A stretch of 64,000 nt of DNA from Candidatus Nomurabacteria bacterium. Lineage in GTDB: Bacteria; Patescibacteriota; Patescibacteriia; HK-STAS-PATE-3. The DNA is taken from positions 448,001-512,000 of the forward strand of contig CP060223.1 in the NCBI GenBank assembly GCA_023898465.1, given 5' to 3'. A program made the position numbers and the translations under genes. Below are positions 1 through 8,978 of this stretch, in pieces. Numbering within the stretch: the first letter of the stretch is position 1; each line of letters opens with the position of its first letter. The notes under the pieces are model-generated. The model was not told where the DNA came from, made no database searches, and worked only from the letters and a program-made list of their open reading frames with translations.

Positions 1-866
1 GCATCAGTCACTACAACTGGTTTGGCAAACTCCATAACCTCATTTACAACCAAGCCCCAGGGCTCAGCAATTGGTTGTGCTGTTGAAGCAAGAATAAAAA
101 TATCACAATTTGCATACGCTTGCACTTTTGCGCTGACATCCCCATCATCGCGAATAAAATGAACTCGACTGGCAATGTCTAATGCGTAACAAAGCTGCTC
201 CAGCTTCTGTCGATATCCAGGCGCCTGACTATCATCTGCACCAAATAGAATCAACTCAGCTGGCACGTGCATACTAGCAAAGGATTTACAGAGAACATCT
301 AGGCCCTTACGTGGCAAAAATCTTGCTACGCTGAGTATTTGAGGTAAGGTACTTTCCTTAAAGCTTGCCTCTCGTACCTCTACTCGGCTGGCATTTGGCG
401 CCCAAAAAATCTTTTTTGCCCGTACACCCATTTGTAAAAAGTGCTGCTCACTCCTGACCCCAGGCACAATGACTGCCGAAGCATTTTGAACTAAGGTCGA
501 AATAATTGGCTGCACAAGTTTGCGACGCCATGTCATTGGCCAGGCCCACTCTTCTGACCACACCAGGTAAGGGACGTTTTGTTTGCGGCAATACTTAGCC
601 ACACTATAAAATCCCCATAACTGCTGAGGTGTGTCCCAATTTCCGGTAACCACAGCTGCATACTTCTTTTCTTTAAGCTGTTGTAAAGCACCTTTTCTCC
701 CCTGCCCCGACAAAGGAGAAATCTGTACTCCTGGGACGCCTTTTAGACTCTCTGAGGCCGTCTCGCTGATGTAGAGGTCTATTTGAAACCAGGAACCAAG
801 TAATGCAAAAAGCTCACGTCGATAACTTGGCAAGGTATTATGAATAATGAGGATAGATTGGGGCAT
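1..866 (-). CDS. Glycosyltransferase family 4 (GT-B fold), partial; C-terminus runs off the window start
   Basis: Reverse-strand translation from ATG (rc of cat at 864-866) reads MPQSILIIHNTLPSYRRELFALLG...ILSVARFLPRKGLDVL...EPWGLVVNEVMEFAKPVVVTD, a typical GT4 donor-binding C-terminal half. It is absent from the ORF track only because no stop codon lies inside the window. Confidence 0.65.
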   Translation of the reverse strand, partial: MPQSILIIHNTLPSYRRELFALLGSWFQIDLYISETASESLKGVPGVQISPLSGQGRKGALQQLKEKKYAAVVTGNWDTPQQLWGFYSVAKYCRKQNVPYLVWSEEWAWPMTWRRKLVQPIISTLVQNASAVIVPGVRSEQHFLQMGVRAKKIFWAPNASRVEVREASFKESTLPQILSVARFLPRKGLDVLCKSFASMHVPAELILFGADDSQAPGYRQKLEQLCYALDIASRVHFIRDDGDVSAKVQAYANCDIFILASTAQPIAEPWGLVVNEVMEFAKPVVVTD

Positions 867-868
867 TA

Positions 869-2458
869 TTGTCTGAGGCAAATTCTCGTGCTAGCCTACA
901 GCTTAGCATGAACAGCCCACTTCAGCACGAATCTTTATTGGAAAAAGTTGGCCTTATCGCCTTAGCGCTCTTTTTTAGCGCATGCACACTGCTTATCGTA
1001 CTCAGGGCTCCGTACCAGGCAGGTGGCGATCTTTTTTTTCATACTTGGTTTACGCAACAGATAATTGACTCAGGTCAGATTCCTCAAAGCGCGCCAACCT
1101 ACGCAGCGGCAACGCACTATAGCTTAGCACCACTTTTCCACTTTATTATCGCGAGTATTCAAAGTGTTGTTCATATTCCTCTCACGACACTTCTTCCACT
1201 CCTTAACATAGGGGCGGCGGCACTCTGGATAAGCTTACTTTTTCTCGTTATTAAGCAAAGCACTAGGAGAGTGGACGCAGCACTCTTTGGCGCGCTACTA
1301 AGCATCTTCTTCACCGAGGATAGCAGTTTTTTCTATCTACTCCCGCGCACGGTAAGTATGTGTGTAGTCCTTGCAGCAATGTATGTACTCAACAGCACGC
1401 TAACTCGATTCCCTCGCCTCATCATGCTTAGTTTATTTAGTTTAAGCATACTCCTCCTGCACCTCCCCTCAGCTCCTTTTTGGTTAAGTATTCTTGCAAC
1501 GTTATCTATAGTACGGGCTTGGCGTGATTACAGAAAAATCCTTCATGATATTTTTGCGTTCGGACTTGGCGCAGCGCTCTTCATCATTTTATTACTCCCT
1601 GAAATTTTGAAAAATGGGATACCAATAAATCCAAGTGACTCTAGCTTCCAGTCACAGAGCGACGCCCCCTTAGCCATTGCCCAATTGCTTCATGTAGTAC
1701 AAAATCCATTTGTTGCTATTTCGATCATACTAGGACTCGCCGGACTTCTCACTTACACGTATCGATCAAAAAATAAAACGTCACTTTGGATGTTATGGGC
1801 TTTTCTGATTGCGAGCACACTGGTTGCAATGCAAGAATTTGGTCAATATGCTTTCCTGCCCGAGAGAGCAATTAGTTATCTCTTCATACCTTTTTCACTA
1901 CTAGCGGGATATGCCTACTTGGCAATCAATAGCATAATCCCAAACTCCTATCGCGTCATTATTTTTACTCTATTGCTGCTAACCATCATTCCACTAGGCG
2001 CGTTACAATTACTTAATAGCAATGAAGCACCGCTCAAAGACGCAGTCAGCCATGATGAGTTACAAGGTCTCAATGATCTACGTGAAGCTCTGCCTGAAGG
2101 TGCTTTTGCTAGCGACCCACTAACCATGGTAAAAATTGCCAGTATTACAAATCTTCAACCGGCCATTTCATTTGAGGCAACTAATTTACGTGCCGCGAGC
2201 GTGAGAAATTGGCCTATTGTTATTGGACTATTTGGCCCAGAAGAAAACCTTATTCCCTACCTTACTCAAAATAACATCAAATATATTATTCTTTCCACTG
2301 ATACCTATCAAAGATTCCTTCATTTAGATGAGCGCTTTGCAAGTCAAGCAGTTTTTGAAAATATTTTTACCTCAAAACAAACAATAACTCTTGAGGGATT
2401 TAGCGATCCAATTCCCTATTACGCCGTGTATCGCTACCTAGGAGCCAACGAAGAATAA
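869..2458 (+). CDS. Polytopic integral membrane protein with C-terminal soluble domain (possible GT-C-type glycosyltransferase or polymerase/ligase-like)
   Basis: 529-aa ORF with more than 10 hydrophobic segments in the first ~340 residues, then a ~180-aa hydrophilic tail. It sits adjacent to GT4 genes. TTG start at 869; first ATG at 908. Confidence 0.5.
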   Translation: MSEANSRASLQLSMNSPLQHESLLEKVGLIALALFFSACTLLIVLRAPYQAGGDLFFHTWFTQQIIDSGQIPQSAPTYAAATHYSLAPLFHFIIASIQSVVHIPLTTLLPLLNIGAAALWISLLFLVIKQSTRRVDAALFGALLSIFFTEDSSFFYLLPRTVSMCVVLAAMYVLNSTLTRFPRLIMLSLFSLSILLLHLPSAPFWLSILATLSIVRAWRDYRKILHDIFAFGLGAALFIILLLPEILKNGIPINPSDSSFQSQSDAPLAIAQLLHVVQNPFVAISIILGLAGLLTYTYRSKNKTSLWMLWAFLIASTLVAMQEFGQYAFLPERAISYLFIPFSLLAGYAYLAINSIIPNSYRVIIFTLLLLTIIPLGALQLLNSNEAPLKDAVSHDELQGLNDLREALPEGAFASDPLTMVKIASITNLQPAISFEATNLRAASVRNWPIVIGLFGPEENLIPYLTQNNIKYIILSTDTYQRFLHLDERFASQAVFENIFTSKQTITLEGFSDPIPYYAVYRYLGANEE

Positions 2459-2594
2459 ACAGTAAGGCCACCGAAGTAATAATAATTCCAACGCTTAATC
2501 CTAATAAAGGCGCTTGGTTTTCGATACTGGCTGGCAAAAGCAAGCGAAATAGCCAAGTAAAAAAATGTGCTGGAGCATATACTATGTCACTCAT
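2400..2594 (-). CDS. Small hypothetical transmembrane protein (64 aa)
   Basis: Its start overlaps the stop of the upstream GT4 in an ATGA-type overlap at 2591-2594, suggesting translational coupling, and it has one or two hydrophobic helices. It overlaps the 3' end of the convergent gene by 59 nt, so it may be spurious. Confidence 0.25.
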   Translation of the reverse strand: MSDIVYAPAHFFTWLFRLLLPASIENQAPLLGLSVGIIITSVALLFILRWLLGSDTRRNRELDR

Positions 2595-3667
2595 ACACCA
2601 AGAGTAAAGTGGTAAATTTTTCTTCGTAGGTCTGCCCAGCTCGGCATAGTTTGCGCGTACTTACGAGCTGCATCACTCATACCCGAAACAACCTCGTCAT
2701 GGCGAAGCATTTGATACATTGCTTGCTCAAGCGCCTGTGCATCATTTGTTGGAATAAGTACGCCTCGCTCATTGTCTCCAATTAATTTCGGCACACTTCC
2801 CACCCGAGTGGCAATTACGGGCGTTCCCAGGGAAAACGCTTCAATAATAACACGTGGGACCGCTTCACTTAATGAGGGTAAAATAAGCGCCTGACTTCGT
2901 GCCATTTCACGCAGGACTTCATCATGAGACAGCTCTCCCAATATCTTAATGTGAGAAGCAAGCCATAAGTCTGTGCGAATCTCTTTTTGCAACCATTTGA
3001 GATCTTTTCCTGTTCCGATAATTTTTAGTTGGCAGGCTGTGTTTGTCTTACCAATTGCCCGCATAGCCTCAATTAATACATCTAAACCTTTTGCTTTTTT
3101 AAGTAAGCTGCCCACAAAGATAAATTGATTTGACTCTCGTCTTGGAAGATCCTTTGGTAAGGTGCTAGGAACGAGAGAAGAAATTTCTAAAATGCGTGCT
3201 TCGGCAATTCCCATATCACGGATTCTCTGCGTTACCGCCTCACCAACGGTCAGGTATTTTGGCTTACGTCCGAAACGCAGCAGCCAGAGTGGCGCTTGCA
3301 TATCTTGCACGTCGTAAACTATTGGTATTCCTAATGTTATACTCGCAAAAACTACCCCTAAGGTTATTGCCGTACTAGAATGCACTTGCACGACGTCAAT
3401 CTTTTTTCTAAGGCGAAAAAAAAGTATCCAAAAAAAAGTCCACAGTGGTAAAAGGAGTATGCGGATGAGAAAAAAAGAGCGCACCACACTCGGCAGAGCA
3501 GGGTGAAAATGTATGGATGATCCTGTGATTTCCTTTCCAGTCCAGGTAGTCAATAGATGCACCTCAAGATGCTCGGGGACTTCTGCCACGAGTTCTGCAT
3601 AATATTGGGCTGCCCCGCTTCCTTCGGGTGGAAAGGAAGGTGTGACAATAAGGAGTCGCTTACTCAT
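2591..3667 (-). CDS. Glycosyltransferase family 4
   Basis: Starts MSKRLLIVTPSFPPEGSGAAQYYAELV. C-terminal half reads FIFVGSLLKKAKGLDVLIEAM...LPSLSEAVPRVIIEAFSLGTPVIATRVGSVPKLI, the GT4 EX7E-type region. The likely start is at 3667 (internal Met of the 375-aa track ORF), 4 nt from the upstream stop. Confidence 0.8.
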   Translation of the reverse strand: MSKRLLIVTPSFPPEGSGAAQYYAELVAEVPEHLEVHLLTTWTGKEITGSSIHFHPALPSVVRSFFLIRILLLPLWTFFWILFFRLRKKIDVVQVHSSTAITLGVVFASITLGIPIVYDVQDMQAPLWLLRFGRKPKYLTVGEAVTQRIRDMGIAEARILEISSLVPSTLPKDLPRRESNQFIFVGSLLKKAKGLDVLIEAMRAIGKTNTACQLKIIGTGKDLKWLQKEIRTDLWLASHIKILGELSHDEVLREMARSQALILPSLSEAVPRVIIEAFSLGTPVIATRVGSVPKLIGDNERGVLIPTNDAQALEQAMYQMLRHDEVVSGMSDAARKYAQTMPSWADLRRKIYHFTLGV

Positions 3668-4688
3668 GTCGCTCTTCCTTGAGCCAACGTACGATCGCGT
3701 CAGCCATAGCATCAACATCCCCTGGAGGCACTAATTTTCCTTTACCACGAAAAACCTCTGCATGCGGTCCCACACTAAAAGCAATAACAGGCTTAGCAAA
3801 CTCTTGCGCCTCGGCAAAAGGCAGGTTAAAGCCCTCCCATTGTGTCGCAGTGACATAGAGATCGCAGGCTGCGTAAAACTTTGGCAAATCTTCGTCTGAC
3901 ACAAAACCGATAAAATGCGTATGTGGTCCAGCTGCCCGTTTCAGTTGCGCAAGATATTTCTCAAAAGTTGCTTTTCCTACAATTAACAAATGCGCATCCG
4001 GAATTTGCTCACGCACTTTACTAAATGCACTTAAGAGCATGTGAAAACCTTTATGCGGAGATAAGCGCCCAACAGTAAGTAGGACTGGCGCATCACCCAG
4101 CTCCAGATGCGCGCGAATTTCGTCACCCGAAACCGCTTCACGAAATCGCTCCTTATCAACCGTGTCATGTACGACACGCGAGACGCGACCTGTTTCTTCT
4201 TTACATACTTCTGCTAAAAAGCGACTAATAGAAATAATCTCATCCGGATCTCGTAAGGAGCGATTCGTTAGCCAGCGAAAAATCGTGATGTATATTTTTT
4301 CAGTCCAAGTAGAAAAAGTATTAGCTGGTGGAATGCCGTGATTGTAGTAGACATAGCGAGTTCCCCACTCTCGCTGCATTTCATGTGCTAAAGCGTTGAG
4401 AGGATACTGATGACTATACACCGTATCCTGCTTTCCTAAGCTTTTCATAGCTGAACGAATTTTTGCTCGATCTAGAGCAAAAAACCCTAAGCGATACACT
4501 CGCTGCCAAAAAAGCGACTTCGGCATACCCAACACAAATACCTTGTAATGCTCACTCTTCATGTCACCCTCTAGACACACGACCGTCACTGTATGACCCT
4601 CCGCACTGAGCGACTCAGCTTGTTGTGCCACAACTCGATCAATTCCAGAAAAGCGAGAAAATGTACCGGTAAGTAAGGCTATATTCAT
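3660..4688 (-). CDS. Glycosyltransferase family 4
   Basis: MNIALLTGTFSRFSGIDRVV...LLTVGRLSPHKGFHMLLSAF...TATQWEGFNLPFAEAQEFAKPVIAFSVGPHAEV, typical GT4 motifs. Overlaps both neighbouring genes by 4 nt. Confidence 0.8.
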   Translation of the reverse strand: MNIALLTGTFSRFSGIDRVVAQQAESLSAEGHTVTVVCLEGDMKSEHYKVFVLGMPKSLFWQRVYRLGFFALDRAKIRSAMKSLGKQDTVYSHQYPLNALAHEMQREWGTRYVYYNHGIPPANTFSTWTEKIYITIFRWLTNRSLRDPDEIISISRFLAEVCKEETGRVSRVVHDTVDKERFREAVSGDEIRAHLELGDAPVLLTVGRLSPHKGFHMLLSAFSKVREQIPDAHLLIVGKATFEKYLAQLKRAAGPHTHFIGFVSDEDLPKFYAACDLYVTATQWEGFNLPFAEAQEFAKPVIAFSVGPHAEVFRGKGKLVPPGDVDAMADAIVRWLKEERHE

Positions 4689-5819
4689 CCTAGTTGCGAA
4701 TAAACGCTACGAAGCTTCTGTCCGATTTCCTGCCAGTCATAGCGTTGACGGGCTAAGTTCTGACCAGCTTCACCTAGCTGACGCGCGTAATCATCATTGC
4801 TCAATATCGCTCGTATTGCGTCCTCAAGCGCGTGCGTATTTCCTGGAGGATATAAAATGCCACCTACCCCATTTTCAGTAACTTCGAGGGTGGGTGGCAA
4901 CTCGCTACTTACATAAGGCGTGCCAAGGGCCATTGCTTCAGCCAAGACAATCCCAAAGCCCTCAACTGAGGAAGGGAGACAGAGAATATGACTCTTTGCC
5001 ATTGTTTCTAAGACATCGACATGTTTTTCCACGAAGCCGGAAAAATGCACTCGATCCGAAACACCCAGCTGCTCAGTTAGGGCTTCTAACTTGGCTTGCT
5101 GTGGACCGCTACCGATAATTTTCACCTGCAGATTTGGCATATCATTCCGCAGCTCAGCTACTACTTCCAATAAATCAGGTATACGTTTGTAATTCACTAG
5201 GCGGCCAACAAAACAAATAGTTGGGTCATCATAGCGTTCAAGGTTTTTAGGCAGACGAGTGAAGTCAACTCCGTTTGGTATTACGGCAATACGCTTTGGA
5301 TCCATACCATGCCGCAATAGCTTCGCACGAGTAGCGGTACTCACTGCGATAACTTTATCCCAAAGGAATTTTAAAAAGCGGCGTTCTACAAATTCACCGA
5401 AGAGACTAGAAGAAAACCAAGGTTAGCCCGCCACTCACCTATCCACACATCATGATAGGTTGCTACCGCGCGAATTTTCTTTTTCTTGGCAATAGTGATA
5501 GCTGCTTGATAAAGCAGGAAATTTGTCCCCTCAACTACGTCAATATCTTTTTTAAGCGCAGTTGCAATCACATTACGCATAAATATGTAGCGCTTCAGTA
5601 AACCGCCTGATTGAGTGAAAGAACGCGAGGACCGCAACGAATAACCTCAATACCAGGTAGTGGTTCCTGAGTCAGGTGTCCTTCTTGTGCGGCAATGACA
5701 GTTACTTTATGCTCTTTTGCTAACTCTAGTGCCGAGTAATATGTGCGTGCTTCTACACCGCCCCGAAAATCAAGATCTGCTGTGTATGGGAAAAATTCTG
5801 CAAGAATGAGGATCTTCAT
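4685..5819 (-). pseudogene. Glycosyltransferase family 4, disrupted by at least two frameshifts
   Basis: Three consecutive minus-strand ORF fragments tile one GT4: 5595-5819 (MKILILAEFFPYTADLDFRGGVE, N-term), 5386-5637 (middle, ...ATYHDVWIGEW) and 4685-5344 (C-term, ...VIPNGVDF...CLPSSVEGFGIVLAEAMALGTPYV). Frame changes lie near 5600-5640 and 5345-5390. Confidence 0.6.
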
Positions 5820-5820
5820 A

Positions 5821-6155
5821 TTATTCTTTTTTATCCGTTTCTTTACGTAGTGCTAACTCGCGGACAATCGTGGTTATCTCCTGTTCCAAATGTTCAATCT
5901 TCATCATCACTCGGAACAGCGCATACACTAAACCAATGACCGAGATGTAGAGAATAGCATCGACGCCTCGTCCAACGCCGAGGAATTTAGCAAGATACTC
6001 AGTTAATCGAGGTAAAAGGACTATAACACTGATGCCCAGCCAAATAAGAAGCCAAAAAAGAATTCTTTGGCAGTAATATCCTTTTTGCGTAACGATATGC
6101 AGTCCGTACAACCACGAAGAAGGCAAACACAATAACGAGAATCTGTATCAGCATA
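5821..6155 (-). pseudogene. DUF2304-like small membrane protein (GtrB/DPM-synthase partner), frameshifted
   Basis: The N-terminus MLIQILVIVFAFFVVVRTAYRYAKRILLPK reads from ATG (rc of 6153-6155), 3 nt after the GT2 stop. The remainder (FWLLIWLGISVIVLLPRL...KIEHLEQEITTIVREL) is in another frame. The switch falls at an A6/T6 homopolymer near 6054-6059. Confidence 0.45.
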
Positions 6156-6158
6156 GTC

Positions 6159-6838
6159 TTATTTCAATAATCGAAGTAATAACAATCGAAAAAAAGTTCT
6201 TACACCCTCTCCAAAACTCTGTCCTTTTGACATTGAGTATTCAGTATAGATTGCAGCAATTGGCACTTCGCTTAGACGGAAAGCGTGCCGCTTCACCTCA
6301 TACATTATTTCCGTAGACACCTCCATGCGATTTGACTGCAGATGCAGGGTGCGAGCAGCCTGTCGAGTAAACTCCCGGAGGCCTGACTGACTATCACTCG
6401 TCTGTAATCCAAACATGAATAAGGTGATCCGATTTCCTATCGCGTTATACAGCCGACGACGCAAAGGCATCCTAGGCTGCGTCTTATCGCGGACAAGCAT
6501 ACGTGAGCCTACAACAACATCAGCTACACCTTTTTCAAGCGGCTCAATAATGCGTAGTATATCTTTTGCTTCATGCTGACCGTCAGCATCAAAGGTAACA
6601 ATGTATTCTGCGCCAGCTCGGATGGCAGCCTGAATGCCGGTAGCAAGCGCTCCACCAAGACCTCGATTAATGAGGTGGCGATACACCCGTGCACCTGCTG
6701 CTTGAGCTATCTGACCACTACCGTCACTAGAACCATCGTCAATAACAAAACATCCGGCGTGACTGCACGGACTGCGCGCACCACATCAGATATAGTCTTT
6801 GCTTCGTTAAATGCAGGAATAACAATTGCCACCTTCAT
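6159..6838 (-). pseudogene. GT2 polyprenyl-phosphate glycosyltransferase (DPM synthase/GtrB-like), frameshifted
   Basis: The N-terminus MKVAIVIPAFNEAKTISDVVRAVRAVTPDV from ATG (rc of 6836-6838) runs into a stop. The continuation VIDDGSSDGSGQIAQAAGARVYRHLINRG...FDADGQH...SRM is in the frame of track ORF 6159-6686. A single-base deficit sits in a T4 run near 6748-6756. Confidence 0.55.
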
Positions 6839-6987
6839 GGCACAAATTACTCTACTAAAAAGCGGTCAAAAATGCAAGGGGTCACGCTATAAAAAATCCA
6901 AACTTAGCGTGCTGATTAATAAAAACAACGTGCCTTTGTGATCACGCCTATTGTGACTTGTCACTTTAGCCACTATGATGATACCGA

Positions 6988-8267
6988 ATGCCACTCCCAA
7001 ATCCGCAACTCCAAAACTTATATACTGACGCAAAAAAGGATTTTACCTTAGCCTTTCGCACTGGGATGCTGCACCTATTAAGCAGTTCCGGTATTGTCCA
7101 AATCTCTGGCTTTGTGGTTACACTTGTGCTTGTCCGCGTGCTCAGCACGGAATCGGTCGGGCATATTCGCCTCATTCATTCCGTACTGGACTTTCTCATC
7201 CTCTTAGGTGATTTTGGCTTAGCCATGGCGATGTTGAAATATATTGCCGAGCCAAATGACGAGGAGGAGAAAAAATCACTGCTTAGTCATGCCAGTTACG
7301 GAATTCTTTTCACTTCTTTGCTCACAGCCCTTCTGGCTTTTGGACTAAGCTTTATACCAAACTTAATTGGCGATGCGACAGCGCAAGCAGCGTTACGTTG
7401 GATGGTTTGGCTGATCCCCTTGCGACGCTTTTGGCATAGTTGTGCACTGGGAACATGGCCGAAAAAGAATCAAGCAAAAAGCATGGTATGAATTAGCCCA
7501 GCGGCTTGTACTTGTTGTCCTTACCTTAGGTGGACTTCTTTACGCTGGATATTCAGGATACCTCTACGGATTCGCTATTGGTATGGCACTTGTGACGCTT
7601 ATTTTACTGAGCCGACTACCCCAAGGCTGGTGGAGCCATCGTATGTAAAAGAAAAAATGCGCAAGCTTTTTGCTTTTGGCTGGTACGCCATGCTGGCCAA
7701 TCAATTCCAAGTTGTTGTAGTAACTGCTGATGTCGTCATGATTAGTTTACTCACTCGCGATGCGGTTGATGTGGGAATCTACAGTGTGATGGCGCTTTCA
7801 TCCGAGGACTTTGGATACTTCCAAATGCCATCATGCAAACTGCGCTTCCATATCTCTCGGAACAATCTGCTGATACGAATCAATTACAACAGAGCATCAA
7901 ACGGATCAGCACAAAATGGCCATGCTGATGCTGCCACTCTGCGCCTTACTTTTCTCCTGGCTCCCACGCTTATCCCTTACTCTTTGGAAGAGACTACGAG
8001 AGTGGAATAAAGGTCTTTCAGGTTCTGATCCTCTCACTCTTTTTCAGCTCATTGGCCATGGTCAACTATACCGCGCTTTTAAGTTTAGGTAAGGTAAAAT
8101 TTAACTTTTATACAGTACTTATTGAAGCCCTAGTCAACATTGTCTTGAATTACTGGCTGATTTCGCAACTTGGGATGATCGGTGCTGCCTGGGCAACAGT
8201 GGTCACCTTTGCACTACGGTATGGGATAAACTCATTTTTCCTCCGACGACAGCTTAAAACTGCTTGA
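6988..8267 (+). pseudogene. Wzx-type polysaccharide flippase (MOP superfamily), multiple frameshifts
   Basis: Track ORFs 6988-7491, 7442-7648, 7630-8010 and 8052-8267, plus an unlisted frame reading LPNAIMQTALPYLSEQSAD, each carry consecutive Wzx-like segments (VRVLSTESVGHIRLIHSVLDF...; ...DAVDVGIYSVMALS...; ...GMIGAAWATVVTFALRYGINSF). That implies at least 4-5 frame changes over 1.3 kb. Confidence 0.6.
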
Positions 8268-8368
8268 CAAAATAGAGGGATTTGCTAATTTCTGCGTGAC
8301 GGTGGCGACCTGACAAAGGGGCCGCTGTATTCATGTTGAGTAAAGTACTCACATGAGGCACGCACGTT

Positions 8369-8398
8369 GACAATCTAAACTAACGAAGCGTAAGTTGC
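8369..8398 (+). promoter_or_regulatory. Sigma70-like promoter candidate for the GC-rich cassette
   Basis: Perfect TTGACA at 8369-8374, a 17-18-nt spacer, and a weak -10 (TAAGTT) at 8393-8398. A GGAGG Shine-Dalgarno at 8406-8410 lies 5 nt before ATG 8415. Confidence 0.3.
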
Positions 8399-8414
8399 GC
8401 GTTTGGGAGGATGC

Positions 8415-8960
8415 ATGAAAACGCTCAGTTTTTTGCTGATGTTGCTTAGCTTTGGCTTGGCAACACCGAGCTTGGCACAGCTCACGCTGCGCCATGGGAC
8501 ACTCATGCCAGGTAATGGTATGAGTGAATCAGCGCAATACCGTCTGGTGAGCGTCATCGGATGGGCTGACCTTAGCCAACATGCCGATACTACTTGGGTA
8601 CTGATCGAAGGGCCGTGGATTCCTCGGAACCATGACACCTCGGCAGTGGGAGGACCTGAAACTCAGGCACACCGCCTAAGCCTCTCGAACATTCAACCCA
8701 ATCCGATTGGTCAATCCGGTCTGATTCACTTCAATGTCCCTGGGATCAATGGAGAGAAATCGCCCCTTACCATGGCAATCTATGACGTCACCGGGCGTCG
8801 AGTACGCACACTGGTCTCAGGCGAGATGCAATCCGGTCCACAGGTTGCTATCTGGGATGGACGAGACGACAGTGGAAAGGCGCTGGCGAATGGCATCTAT
8901 TGGTGCCAAATTCAGTGCAAAAACAACAGGGCAACCAAAAAGCTGGCGGTTATCCGCTAA
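8415..8960 (+). CDS. Small secreted protein with T9SS/Por-type C-terminal sorting domain (TIGR04183-like CTD)
   Basis: Signal peptide MKTLSFLLMLLSFGLATPSLAQ. The C-terminal ~75 aa (LSNIQPNPIGQSGLIHFNVPG...MAIYDVTGRRVRTLVSGEMQSGPQVAIWDGRDDSGKALANGIYWCQIQCKNNRATKKLAVIR) fit the type-A CTD pattern. The ATG is preceded by a GGAGG SD. Confidence 0.6.
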   Translation: MKTLSFLLMLLSFGLATPSLAQLTLRHGTLMPGNGMSESAQYRLVSVIGWADLSQHADTTWVLIEGPWIPRNHDTSAVGGPETQAHRLSLSNIQPNPIGQSGLIHFNVPGINGEKSPLTMAIYDVTGRRVRTLVSGEMQSGPQVAIWDGRDDSGKALANGIYWCQIQCKNNRATKKLAVIR

Positions 8961-8978
8961 GTAGAAGGAGATGAGATC

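Noticed and set aside
6573-6941. 122-aa plus-strand ORF
   Set aside because: It is antisense to the reconstructable GtrB-like GT2 pseudogene and has no motifs.
8403-8414. TTG start at 8403 (track) for the CTD protein
   Set aside because: ATG 8415 in the same frame follows a GGAGG SD at optimal spacing and begins a canonical MKT...signal peptide, so the upstream TTG extension is unlikely.
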